The notes: generated by a model not told the origin, from the sequence alone. A stretch of 62,903 bases of DNA, filler included, from Octopus bimaculoides (GCF_001194135.2; 4 parts of 4 records of this genome joined end to end with filler, not necessarily neighbours in it); one strand, 5' to 3'. Counted from the whole stretch's first letter, positions 24,611-36,769 are shown. Program-made: numbers and translations.

Positions 24611-24827
24611 AATATCGGTTTCAAATTTTGGCACAAGGTCAGCAATTCCGGAAGCGGAAGCAAGGCGAAGGCATCGACTCCAGTGCACAACTGGTACCTT
24701 TTCATCGACCCCGAAAGAAATTAAAGGTAAAGTTGGCCTTGGCGGAATTTGAACTCAGAACGTAAAGACGGACGAAATGTCGCTAAGCATTTTGTCCGGC
24801 GTACCAACGATTCTGTCAGTTCGTCGC
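24611..24827 (-). mobile_element. SINE family B
   Basis: Full core and head; tail subtype ...aaaatttgaaacc. Confidence 0.88.
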
Positions 24828-24879
24828 TTGACAGGCGCAAGTAAATGATATACTAACTTGAACAGTATCGACGAAGGAA

Positions 24880-25415
24880 CCTCTATGTGATCGTTCCATC
24901 AGCTAGAAATAGCAGAGAATTCTTCTCATATGACAGGCCTCCGAATTAAAATAGAATGTAGGGAGGTGATGTTGGATGGATAATGTATTCTGAGGTAGAC
25001 GATGTCCGAAAACAAAAAAAAACAAAAGGATCACAGCTGAAGTGGCTCTGATCGAAGGCCGAGTCAATCAGGCTTGACCTGGGGTTAAACAACAACAACA
25101 ACAACAAAGCACTTTGAAAACAATTTCAATATATTTTATCAGCAACAACAGCAACAACCTCATCGCTGGTAACATCATACGTGTAGCAATAATGATAACG
25201 TCAACAGCATGAACATCACAACATCACAACATCACTGATGATTGCTATTACAATCACCATATCCTCTATGTAGTCACACAACGTGCTAGAGATAACAGAC
25301 AAACCTCCCTCAAAGATCATCTTAACTGTCTTAAATAGAAAGGAAAGACATGGTGGTCACGGTTAGAAACTCTTTGATCATAAGGTCCACTCAATCAGGG
25401 CTAAACAAAAACAAC
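24880..25415 (+). repeat. Two family G copies (24880-25105, 25270-25415)
   Basis: Shared ctagaaata/ctagagata...tttgatc...caatcagg...taaacaa blocks. Confidence 0.6.
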
Positions 25416-25899
25416 ACCAATAAACAAAGACAACAACAACAATGGAAAATTTGCCAGACTTACTTTGAGGAATGGCGGCTGTTGTAACTGGTGCTGGGGG
25501 TGGCGATGGTGGTGGTGGTGGCGGTGGTGTATTTGTGGATTCTCTGAGAGTAACAAAAGAAAATATCAGCAACGGAAGAGAAGTTGTGAAGTCTTGGAGA
25601 AGAATATTGACCAAGTTTCATTCGGGGTTCTTTTATATAACAACTGACTCCTCCTCCTCTGACGAAAATCAGCAGCAGCAGCAGCAGTGGCAGCAACAGC
25701 AGCAGCAGCAGCGATAACAGCAGCAGCAGTAGAACTGCCTACAATAAATGGCAACACAACAAAAACAAAAACCTGCCACAACAACAACAACAACAACAAC
25801 AACTCGTGCTAAGTCCTACAACTGTCTCAACAGAAGACTAACTTTGAACACTACAACTGGAACAGTAACTCTTTAATATCCACCAAACCAAACAACACA

Positions 25900-26179
25900 C
25901 ACACACACACACTCATATGACTGTATGTAGAAATATATATGCATATAGGTGTATACATATATACATACACATATGCATATACACACATATATATATACAT
26001 ATTTATATATATATATGCATATCCACACTCACAAACTTACACATACATACACATATACACACAAACATACAAACATATATATACGCATGCATATATATGT
26101 ATATATATGAGTGTATATATATATATATATACAGAGAGAGAGAGAGAGAGAGGGAGACAGACAGACAGATAGATATATG

Positions 26180-26218
<39 letters not shown>

Positions 26219-26650
26219 TATATATGGATAAGTTGTCTTATAGTTATATACATATGTATACACGTATGTATATATGTATGTATGTATATATATGTATGTA
26301 TGTATGTATGTATATATGTATGTATATATGTATGTGTGTATATATATATATATGTATGTATGTATATATGTATGTATATATATATGTATGTATATATGTA
26401 TGTATGTATATATTTGTATGTAGGTATGTNNNNNNNNNNATATGTATGTATATATGTATGTATGTATATATTTGTATGTAGGTATGTATATATGTATGTG
26501 TGTATATATATATATGTATGTATGTATATATGTATGTATATATATATATGTATGTATATATGTATGTATGTATATATTTGTATGTAGGTATGTATATATG
26601 TATGTATGTATGTATATATGTGTGCATGTATGTGTGTATGTATGTAGTTA
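25900..26650. repeat. Compound (AT)/(ATGT)/(GA) microsatellite field
   Basis: Direct; source of the IY/MY-rich ORFs. Confidence 0.95.
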
Positions 26651-27341
26651 ATGGTTTAAGTGCATTGTAATGTTTAATATGTACATCCAGTGTGTTGTTA
26701 GTGTGTATTGTTGTGACCTACGAATGATGTAAGAGTGTGTGTGTGTGTGTCTTTTTGTGTGTGTGTGTGTGTGCGTGCGTGCGTGTGTGTGCGCGTATAT
26801 ATTATATAGTACATGTGTGTTTGTATGTGCATGTNNNNNNNNNNNNNNNNNNNNNNNNNNNNNNNNNNNNNNNNNNNNNNNNNNNNNNNNNNNNNNNNNN
26901 NNNNNNNNNNNNNNNNNNNNNNNNNNNNNNNNNNNNNNNNNNNNNNNNNNNNNNNNNNNNNNNNNNNNNNNNNNNNNNNNNNNNNNNNNNNNNNNNNNNN
27001 NNNNNNNNNNNNNNNNNNNNNNNNNNNNNNNNNNNNNNNNNNNNNNNNNNNNNNNNNNNNNNNNNNNNNNNNNNNNNNNNNNNNNNNNNNNNNNNNNNNN
27101 NNNNNNNNNNNNNNNNNNNNNNNNNNNNNNNNNNNNNNNNNNNNNNNNNNNNNNNNNNNNNNNNNNNNNNNNNNNNNNNNNNNNNNNNNNNNNNNNNNNN
27201 NNNNNNNNNNNNNNNNNNNNNNNNNNNNNNNNNNNNNNNNNNNNNNNNNNNNNNNNNNNNNNNNNNNNNNNNNNNNNNNNNNNNNNNNNNNNNNNNNNNN
27301 NNNNNNNNNNNNNNNNNNNNNNNNNNNNNNNNNNNNNNNNN

Positions 27342-27380
<39 letters not shown>

Positions 27381-28358
27381 TGCTTATATATATATATACA
27401 CACATATGAGTGCATAGATGTATCTATTTGTAATGTATGCATATAAATGTGCGAGTGTGCGTATCAATGTGTAAAAGTGTGTGTGTATGTATAATGTCCG
27501 TGTGAGTGGATGTGGCTTCCACCAACGTCAGCAAGTCACCGATTGGTGCTAACCCCAGGTTTTAGTTCACACCATTGCAACACCCCTCGTGGTGGTGTGC
27601 GTGGGTGGATGATAGTGGTGGTGGTGTGAGTGGGTGGATGGTGGTGGTGGTGGTGGTGGTGGCATCGGTGGTGCATCATCATCACCACCAGCACTACTAC
27701 CGCCACCACCACCACCACCACTACCACCACCACCACCACCACCACCACCACCACCAGTAGCACCAACGCAAAATGTTGCTGCTGTGTTTAAATGTTTTTG
27801 TATTATTATCGTCTTCATTGATAGTGTTGGTTGATGTANNNNNNNNNNNNNNNNNNNNNNNNNNNNNNNNNNNNNNNNNNNNNNNNNNNNNNNNNNNNNN
27901 NNNNNNNNNNNNNNNNNNNNNNNNNNNNNNNNNNNNNNNNNNNNNNNNNNNNNNNNNNNNNNNNNNNNNNNNNNNNNNNNNNNNNNNNNNNNNNNNNNNN
28001 NNNNNNNNNNNNNNNNNNNNNNNNNNNNNNNNNNNNNNNNNNNNNNNNNNNNNNNNNNNNNNNNNNNNNNNNNNNNNNNNNNNNNNNNNNNNNNNNNNNN
28101 NNNNNNNNNNNNNNNNNNNNNNNNNNNNNNNNNNNNNNNNNNNNNNNNNNNNNNNNNNNNNNNNNNNNNNNNNNNNNNNNNNNNNNNNNNNNNNNNNNNN
28201 NNNNNNNNNNNNNNNNNNNNNNNNNNNNNNNNNNNNNNNNNNNNNNNNNNNNNNNNNNNNNNNNNNNNNNNNNNNNNNNNNNNNNNNNNNNNNNNNNNNN
28301 NNNNNNNNNNNNNNNNNNNNNNNNNNNNNNATAATAATAATAATTATTATTATTATAA

Positions 28359-28452
28359 TAAGAGCATCACAGCAAACCACAGCACATACCCAAGGCACAC
28401 AGAGCTGCGCTCGGTAGTGAAGTGAAAGCACGTTATAAAAATAAAACTACTG
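28359..28452 (+). mobile_element. Dong-like family A 3' UTR
   Basis: Matches 20555-20632; ends actactg(aat)n. Confidence 0.88.
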
Positions 28453-28472
28453 AATAATAATAATAATAATAG

Positions 28473-28860
28473 TTTCTGCTATAGGCACAAAGCCTGAAAT
28501 TTTTGGGGAGGGGACAGTCGAGTACATCGGTTCCAGTACTCAACTGGTACTTACTTTATCGATCCCGAAAGGATGAAAGGCAAAGTAGAGCTCGGCAGAA
28601 TTTGAACTCGGAATGTAAAGACGGACGAAATACTGCCCGGCGTGGTAACGATTCTGCCAGCAGCGAGCAGACAGAATAAATTAAGCAGACAGCCCGAAAC
28701 CTGAAATTGGTGAGAGGATGGGGTATTCATCGATTATATCGACCTTTGTACGCGACTGGTATTTAATTTCATTGCTCCCGAAATCATGAAAGCCAACTTA
28801 ACTTCGGTGGGATCCGAACTCAGAAGGAACAAAGCCAAAACACTGTCAGATCTAACGATT
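28473..28860 (-). mobile_element. Two tandem SINE family B copies (28473-28662, 28685-28860)
   Basis: Each has cctgaaatt...cgat/cgagtac/ttat...actggta...cccgaaa...gaactc. Confidence 0.75.
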
Positions 28861-28877
28861 CAATCAGATCATTACTC

Positions 28878-28920
<43 letters not shown>

Positions 28921-28922
<2 letters not shown>

Positions 28923-29392
28923 GGCATCGTCGAAAATAGAAATGCAAAGTTCTTATGGGAATTTATGATTCAGTGCGACCATGAGATAGAGAACAGGAAG
29001 TCGGACATAGACTTTATTGAGAAAGAAAACAAACTATGCTGGATCATAGATATAGCATGCCCAGCTGACAACGAGGTATGCGATAAGGAAGAAAGAAAAG
29101 TCGAGAGATATGACAGGTTAGCTTGGGAAGTTAAGCAGTTGTGGTCGATGGAAAAGGTAGCAGTAGTACTAATAATTGTCGGAGCCCTAGGAACAGTGAG
29201 CAAGAATCTCGAGAAGTACGTGGAACAAATAGGGGCTGCAATAAGGGTGGAGCACTTGCAGATAACAGTACTGCTTGGAACCGCTCGAATACTCTGGAAG
29301 GTGCTCGAAAAATAAGAGGTGTTACCTTAGTTCACTGGTTGTGAACAGCTAACTCCGCAGTACATCTCCAGCATTAGAAGCTGTGCAAAGGC
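28921..29392 (+). mobile_element. R4/Dong-like RLE LINE family B, endonuclease and 3' UTR
   Basis: LWEFMIQCDHEIENRKSDI...IIDIACPAD...KVERYDRLAWEVKQLW...IVGALG...LLGTARILWKVLEK-stop; (AAT)n on both sides. Confidence 0.88.
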
Positions 29393-29408
29393 AATAATAA
29401 TAATAATA

Positions 29409-29522
<114 letters not shown>

Positions 29523-29756
29523 CCTGTTGTAGCTCGAAGAACTCAAAGAACTCGAGGAGATACAGTTAAATCCCAAACATATTAAACAGGAGCCTTAGAT
29601 GAGATGGGCAACTTATGTAAAGACGGAGGCAGACACAAAAGACGTGTAAGCAACAGGATTTAAAACTTTATAAAAACACAGAAATAAAGTTGCATATAAT
29701 GAATATATAAAGTATTATAAATTACAATAATAAAGCATTATGTGTCTGCGTGTGTG

Positions 29757-29860
29757 AAGGCGCATGGCTTAATAGTTCGAGTGTTGTACCCACGATTGCG
29801 AGATCGTGGTTTCGATTCATAGACATGGTGTTGCGTTGTGTTCTTGAGCATTTCACTTGC
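29757..29860 (+). mobile_element. tRNA-derived SINE family C head
   Basis: ggcgcatggcttaatagtt (A-box-like), ggtttcgattc (B-box), gcgttgtgttcttgagca. Confidence 0.7.
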
Positions 29861-29899
29861 ATTTTGTTCTATTTTGTGAGTAATTTTAAGTGTTAGATT

Positions 29900-30400
29900 T
29901 TACTCTTTATTCACCTGAAGAAAAACGTTTCTCTTCATGATGTAACGCCTTTGTCCATTAATAAAGAACACGCCTGAAACATTTCTACTGAACCCAGCTG
30001 TGTTATTGTTTATTCATGAATTTAAAAGTTCGAGCTGCATTGATCGAAATACCTTCCTCCCTATTTCTTCCCTGTATCTAGGGTCTCCAGGGTTAATTGG
30101 GCCGCAGTGACCAACATCATGTGAAGCTTTGAAATAACCACTTCGAAATGTCAGTCGCAAATTGATACAAATATTGTCCTATTCTGTTCGATTTGTAATC
30201 CCATTTTGTCCCGATCTTTGTCTGAAAATTCTTTGTGTATTTCGTACAACTATCTTATTAGATCCCTGCTAGTCTTATAAAGAATTGTGCATTTCATTTC
30301 CTTCAGGGAAGAGGCTACTTCCTCCTCAGAACAATGGATACCCCTTCATTGTAAATAAGATCTTTCTCAGTAGAGAGTGTTTCCACTTAAAAAATGGTAT
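29900..30400 (-). mobile_element. Decayed Penelope-like GIY-YIG 3' region
   Basis: Frameshifted ILYKTS..D.NKIVVRNTQRIFRQR resembles IYKIxCxDCxKxYVGxTxRxFxxR; followed by a catgaagagaaacgtt ribozyme-core relic. Confidence 0.4.
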
Positions 30401-31090
30401 AACCCTTACTTCGTGTTTTTAAAGCCTTTTTCGATTGTTTTCTTCAGGTCTTGTTTCGGTTTTTCGAATTATGTCTTCCTCTTTTACCGCCATACATCTA
30501 CCAATTGAGTTTTTTCCAATCTTTACTGAATGTTAACGTCTTCCTGTCAGCTTCTTCACAGGGATACTATCTGGTATTGTTTTGTGATCCTGCGGTGCCA
30601 TAAGGACTTTTATGTCTATAACGACTCTGCCCGGCCTCATATACCTTAATGTTACACCTGCCCTAACGATGAACCCTGTGTTTCTTCTTTCCGAATATTG
30701 TGGAAGCAGTTTATGGACAGGTGTGTCTCGGACAGTTTACGCTTGCACATCAGCCACAATCACTGTTTTAAGTATGCACATAGATTAAGAAGACTCATAT
30801 GCCAGGGGTGTCTTCAAGTGTTTGAGGCCTATACGCACCTCTTTGATAAATTCATGTGAACAAAACGCTGTCAAGTTTTAGTCTTTTCAGTAAATTGTTC
30901 CATATTAAGGTTTAATTTTATGTTCGAAAGAACTTTTCCGAACCATTACGTTTTCTTCTTGTTCGCTATATTTTTATTTCTCGAAATAGTACATATTTGT
31001 TGTTATTGTTGTTGTTGCTGTTGATGTTGTTGTAGTTGTTGTTCTGTTCCTCTTGTTCTTGTCGCCATACGTGTTTTTCTTACGCTATGC

Positions 31091-31131
<41 letters not shown>

Positions 31132-31157
31132 TATTATTATTATTGTTATTATTATTT

Positions 31158-31189
<32 letters not shown>

Positions 31190-31485
31190 TTGTGATTTGT
31201 TGCTGTGTTCATTAACATTTTCTTTCTTCTGGCCTTTTATTTGGCGTCGGTTTTTCTTTGTTCCATGCTGTTTATTCCTGAGGCGGACCCCGAAGATGCG
31301 AAGCCATTTTGGACTAAACAAGATAATTGAATACAATGGAGATATTCTAAAAAGCTAACTTCGTCGTCTAACCCCAGCAAGGAGCCAAACGTTATCAAAA
31401 CGTTCAGTAATAGCTCCTCTGGAAACAACGCCAGTTCGGAATTCCAAGAGTAAAATGTTTAGCACATCTCAGCGAGTCAGCGGCC

Positions 31486-31525
<40 letters not shown>

Positions 31526-31599
31526 TTGATGATGATAATGATGATGATGATGATGATGATGATAGTAATAATAAACAAACTTATAATTTTCTTATGTTT

Positions 31600-31750
31600 T
31601 CTTAAACATTCTCCGCAACAATATTATGTGCAAAACCAAATACATGATACCCTAGGCATAACAGCAACATGAACTTCTAACTTGTTGTCTCTTGAGGTCT
31701 CTGGGTGAGACTTGGAGTCAATTTGTACAAATACAAAGCAAAAGTAAAAA
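31600..31750 (+). mobile_element. 3' end of RLE-LINE family C
   Basis: NILRN..C (cf. HILRKVL), then a UTR ending aaagcaaaagtaaaaaat(aat)n. Confidence 0.5.
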
Positions 31751-31789
31751 ATATAATAATGATAATAATAACAACAACAACACTTTACA

Positions 31790-32285
31790 ACAATGTTTTG
31801 CAACAACCGAGTAATATTCCCTCTTGGCTAGTTAATGGTGTAACATTCCTACTTCCAAAAAATGAAGAAACAAATGAACCAATAACCTGCTTAATATAGA
31901 CCCATAACCTGCTAAACAACAATGTATAAAACGCTAACATCTGTCTTGACTGAATATACCTATAGTTTTTTAATAGAAAGTGGCATATTCCCTAATGAGC
32001 AAAAAGGATGTAAACGTGGGTCCTTTGATTGTAAAGATCAGCTACTCACCAATAAGATAAATCTTGGAAGATTGTCACAAACGATACAAAACTTGTCGAT
32101 AGCCTGGATAGACTATAAAAAAACTTTTGATAGTCTACCACATAGCTGGATTAAGAAATGTTTGGAAATGTATTAAATAATACCTACTCTGCGAAACATC
32201 TTGTCTGTAAGTATGAGATCATGGAGAACCACACTGACTTTGAACAGTGACAATGAATTTCTTAATGCTGGAGATGTAAAAATTT
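31790..32285 (+). mobile_element. RT N-terminal half of an R4/Dong-like LINE (pseudogene)
   Basis: PSWLVNGVTFLLPK, RPITCLTTMYK, EQKGCKRGS..CKDQLL, AWIDYKKTFDSLPHSWIKKCLEMY. Confidence 0.88.
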
Positions 32286-32400
32286 GACACGAGCCAGGAG
32301 CAATAATAATCTATAACGGTTATCACATGATTGAAAGGAGTCAGTGAGAAGAGATTCTAGTTTGAAATGAGATGCTGTGACTATCATGCTGTTATGTTAA

Positions 32401-33191
32401 TACGTTGACTGCTAACTACAAGTTATCTCGTAGTTGGCAATCAATACAATTTTGCCAGGTACGAGCATACTCGTAGAGATCTATTTTATTGTATCACACT
32501 TAAAATGAACTGGTGTCTGGTACTAACATTGTGAGTGTGTTGTGGAAACATTAAAGACACCTTTTATTTGCCCAATGATACGACTTAACTCGTATCATGG
32601 CATCTGCCAGGAAATATATTTGGTAACACATCTATATATATATATCAGGTATAAATATTAGATGTCATTGCAGTTGGTACAGGAGGACTGAGTTGTCTCT
32701 TACGACCTCGAGCAACTAATTGTTCATCTTCGTCAGCAGAACTGGCATCACTGGTATTTACTTCCACTGGTATTTGCTACATAATTTTTATCCAAAGCCT
32801 CTGAGTATTCACTTGCTGACTCCAAGATATCATCTTCTGATAATTCATTATCCACGAGTTCCTGAAGCATTCCAGCAATTTTTTCACTGGAAAGGCTCTT
32901 TAGCATCTTATATATTACGAATGAAAATTTATAGTAGTTCTTTATGAATCTGAAAAAATAAAGAAAACATTATACAATGAAGAGACATAGTCAAATAATG
33001 AATAACATACCCTCGAAGCCTTCATAGCAAACCAATCTGAGCATTTTGCATTACTATGAGATAACTCGTATCACGTCATTGTAGTGTAATTACATGTATT
33101 ATGTACCTAAATACCACCACACAAAATATTTCAGCTTTCTGATTTGAGAAAATTAATAAAACCCTTTTGGCAAATAGAAGCAGATTACGTG
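32401..33191 (-). mobile_element. Non-autonomous piggyBac-like element with TTAA target duplication
   Basis: TTAA at 32397-32400 and 33192-33195; termini TACGTTGACTGC / CACGTAATCTGC (8/12); four TACGAG-N4-CTCGTA-type palindromes; acidic ORF 32748-32906 (MLKSLSSEKIAGMLQELVDNELSEDDILESASEYSEALDKNY...) behind a strong acceptor. Confidence 0.7.
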
Positions 33192-33224
33192 TTAATGAAT
33201 TTTTATCATTTTGTAAGTTAATTG

Positions 33225-33410
33225 AGACAGCAAGCTGGCAGATTCAGTAGACCGTCGGAAAAACTGTGGTGCATTTTTTTTTTCGTTTTCCTTACATTAT
33301 GAGATCAAATTCCACCGGGTTCAACTTTACTTTCATCATTTAGGGGTTCGATAAAATAACATAGTCGAATACTGAGATCAATAATATCGATTAACATCTT
33401 TCCCTCAAAA
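33225..33410 (+). mobile_element. SINE family B (degenerate)
   Basis: gagacagcaagctggcagattc head, gagatcaaattcc B-box, tttcatcatttaggggttcgataaaat core. Confidence 0.7.
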
Positions 33411-34654
33411 ATTACAAAATATTATTTATAAATTTATTGAAAATTTGAAGCACCTACTTTTTCTTGTAATGGATCAGAGTTAAAGATTTTGCTTGTCACG
33501 CAGAAGTTTCAATGCATTGAATGGAGGTTTGCGATAACATTTTTCGTATTCCTACATAGAATGAGATTTTGCGAGTGGGTGCGGGATTTATTTGACTTTT
33601 TAAATTTTCTTGATAGGGTCAGGTTTAAATAATTAGAAGCCTGAAGTGAAAAAAATAAGGACATTATATGTAACAAAAAAAAATAGGGTTTAAAAAAGTT
33701 TCGAGAAACAGTTTGAAAGTAGCATCGGCGAGGATAGATAAGCCGGAGGTGGGGCACCTAAAATTAGCGGAAAGATTTCTCACATTCCAGCACAGTGTCA
33801 ATCGTGGGCCCAAATAACCTTCTATGAACATCTGATATCTCATGAGAACGTAGAGCCGTCTCTCACTTTTTCCCTGATTTTTGTTGGCGTTCAACTATTT
33901 TTTAAAGATATTTCTTCTTTTTTACCTTTTTTTATTTTTAGCTATAGTTGTTTCTTCTTGATCTTCTAGGATCCCCTTTTTCTTATCACCAGATGATGCG
34001 ATGATAGTGCTTTTGGTTACGGTCGAAGGATAGAGCACCTCTTCGTCTTTTGCTGCCTCGGCTGCTCTCTGCTGCTTTCCGTTTTTCAATGCTTTCCTAT
34101 ACTTTTCAGTTATTCAGAATAAAATGAAACATCAGGTGGCTTTTACAACCACTTGTATAACAACTAGGCCTTTTGCCCGGATTCATCAATCTCGTATCAA
34201 GCATCTCCATGCCCACGACTGAATACAACTCTGGTATAGAAATATGCCGTTCAGAGCTCAATAAAACTTACAAATCGACCTGAACCCCTTCTAACCGCAT
34301 TTCATTTCTCGTTCCCCCACCCCTACACTAGTTTGCTACTTTAGTTTGCTAAACAAATCTGTGACGGCTATCGGCAAAGCGATGATTTCTGGGACGCACA
34401 TCAAGGCCCTTTATGAATTCACCACCGCAAATTCACTCAGTCCCTTAATTTCACCGAAATTCGAAAGAACAGCCAAAGCAAAACATGCTTAATGCTAAGC
34501 TAAATAGAGTACGAATTAAATACGGAGGATGAGTCAGGGCGAGAACGAATTATATAGATATACACACTTGGCTTTTGTAAGCACTTCACACGTATTTGTT
34601 CGCCCTTGAGGCCAATAAAGAAGAATTACTATTTATATAATAATAATAATAATA

Positions 34655-34729
<75 letters not shown>

Positions 34730-34745
34730 GTTATTATTATTATTA

Positions 34746-35621
34746 TTTATATATTTATTTATTTTTAATCTGCATGTTTGTTACAATCACTCGCCGAGAC
34801 GCACCCAGCGTTCTAGAGCGAGTGAAGGATAAGAGATGTTACCATATGACTAAAAGCTTTGGGAGGGGAAGTGGCAGGGGCAGTAGCGAAATACATTCGT
34901 GTAATGCAACACATGCATTTAAAATGATAGGATTTTTTAAGGATGTGAGCAGTACTTGTCTGCACAGCACAGTCTTTTCGATTTCTCTGAGACATGGTTA
35001 TCCTGGGATATTATCTAGATGTTTCTGACATCCCTTTTTTATCATACCTAGGGCACCTACACTAACAAGGACAGTTCCCGCTTTAAGATGTCACATCTTT
35101 TGTATTTCAATTTCCAGGTCCTTATATTTACTTAATTTTATATAATGATTATGTTTCACCGATTACCTGGGTCGTTCTGTCAGTGTTGACTGGAAAATCT
35201 CAGAGGATAGTGACACTTCCACCTTCAGCAACTGGCTCTGTGTGATGCTCACACCAGTAAGCAGGAGTGTTTTGTTGTGTTTACATATGTTCCAATGTAA
35301 ATTCTGTCCTACTCTATCGTGGCGACTCTTGTATCCGTTTGTTGTCAGCACAGGACATCCCAAGACGAGATGGTCTATTGTTTCATCAAGTTTGTCGCAG
35401 AATCTGCATTTAGGGTCAGAACCGTTTTGAAGAACATTAGCCTAGTAGTTTTTGACAAGCAGCTTTAATCTTGTGCCACCACTATGAAACCTTCAGTTTC
35501 TGCTTTCAATCTTGAGCTTCTCTGCCACTGATGGGTTGTTGCTTGACCTACATCAGCATTTCGGCTTCGAAGGATTTTTTTAAGGATGATGAACAAAATA
35601 GGCTGAGTGGCTGTATGGTAA
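34746..35621 (-). mobile_element. R4/Dong-like LINE family D: CCHC, RLE and 3' UTR (frameshifted)
   Basis: HQWQRSSRLKAETEGFIVVAQD, PKCRFCDKLDETIDHLV.GCPVL, RHDRVGQNLHWNICK, LGMIKKGCQKHLDNIPG, STAHILKK; tail runs into the (AAT)n array at 34625-34745. Confidence 0.88.
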
Positions 35622-35711
35622 NNNNNNNNNNNNNNNNNNNNNNNNNNNNNNNNNNNNNNNNNNNNNNNNNNNNNNNNNNNNNNNNNNNNNNNNNNNNNNN
35701 NNNNNNNNNNN

Positions 35712-35943
35712 GTTTGTCGCAGAATCTGCATTTAGGGTCAGAACCGTTTTGAAGAACATTAGCCTAGTAGTTTTTGACAAGCAGCTTTAATCTTGTGCCA
35801 CCACTATGAAACCTTCAGTTTCTGCTTTCAATCTTGAGCTTCTCTGCCACTGATGGGTTGTTGCTTGACCTACATCAGCATTTCGGCTTCGAAGGATTTT
35901 TTTAAGGATGATGAACAAAATAGGCTGAGTGGCTGTATGGTAA
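35712..35943. other. Exact 232-bp duplicate of 35390-35621 across an N gap (unmerged contig overlap)
   Basis: Identical sequence on both sides of a 90-N gap. Confidence 0.9.
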
Positions 35944-36082
35944 GAAGCTGGTTTCCTAACCATATTGTTGCGGGTTCAGTCCCACTGCGTGGTACCTTGG
36001 GCAAGTATCTTCTACTATAGCCTCAGACCGGCCAAAGCCTCATGAGAAGATTTGGTAGACGGAAACTGAAAGAAGCCTGTCG

Positions 36083-36555
36083 AGACAACAAAGCCAAGGC
36101 TGTGTGGAATTTTCAGGATATTTATAAAGAGGAAACTAGTCTTACAGCTGTTTCTGGGATATTAGGGATATCCCTTCATCAGAGACGATATGAGAGAGTT
36201 AACTAGAGGGAAATATTAGAGTTCAATATAAGGAGTTATTTTGGAAAAGGAAGGAAATAAGGAGTATAGAGGAAATAGGAGAATGAAAGTAGAAATAAAA
36301 GTAAAAATAGAAATATATAACGATATTATAGTTGCAGTTCCATTATCCAAGGAAAGTGGTGTGTAGAAGTGATAGAAATGCTTCTTGTCCGTGGTATGTA
36401 AATTGCGATAAAAGTTCATATTTTGTTATTACAAATGGAAAGTGTGGAGACGTAGATTCCATGTGGTGTTCATTCAAAGGGGTCTCGTGGTGTGAATGAA
36501 AATTTGAGAATGTAGTGGTGGTATTAAGTGGATAGAAGGGGGAATATGCGTATGT
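36083..36555 (-). mobile_element. Penelope-like element 3' fragment
   Basis: TTRPL..MN and QEAFL.LLHTTFLG resemble the GIY-YIG end (TxRxL..R; ExxxIxxLxTxxPxGLN), then a pyrimidine tract and a hammerhead motif. Confidence 0.6.
36139..36186 (-). ncRNA. Minimal type-I hammerhead ribozyme motif
   Basis: GUCU-CUGAUGA-A-GGGAUAU-CCCUA-AUAUCCC-A-GAA-ACAGCUGU-A^-AGAC: intact core, 7-bp stem II, palindromic stem III, 4-bp stem I. Confidence 0.75.
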
Positions 36556-36769
36556 AACCGATGATGGTGTGTTTACATCCCCGTAACTTAGCGGTTCGGC
36601 AGAAGATGCCTATAGAATAAGTACTAGGCTTACAAAGAATAAGTTGTGGGATCGATTTATTAAACTAAAGGCGATGCTCCAGAATGTCTGCAGTCAAATG
36701 ATTGAAACGAGTAAAAGAATAAAAGAACGAAACACTCATGTTTCAAGAGGCGAATCACCCAAACTTCAA

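Larger units (their letters stand above)
35920..36728 (+). mobile_element. SINE family A split in two (35920-36082 and 36556-36728) by a Penelope-like insert
   Basis: 5' half has gggttcagtcccactgcgtgg...ggaaactgaaagaagcc; 3' half has accgatgatggtgtgtttacatccccgtaac...tail. Confidence 0.85.

Noticed and set aside
35390-35943. 232-bp tandem duplication
   Set aside because: Exact copies on either side of an N gap; unmerged contig overlap.
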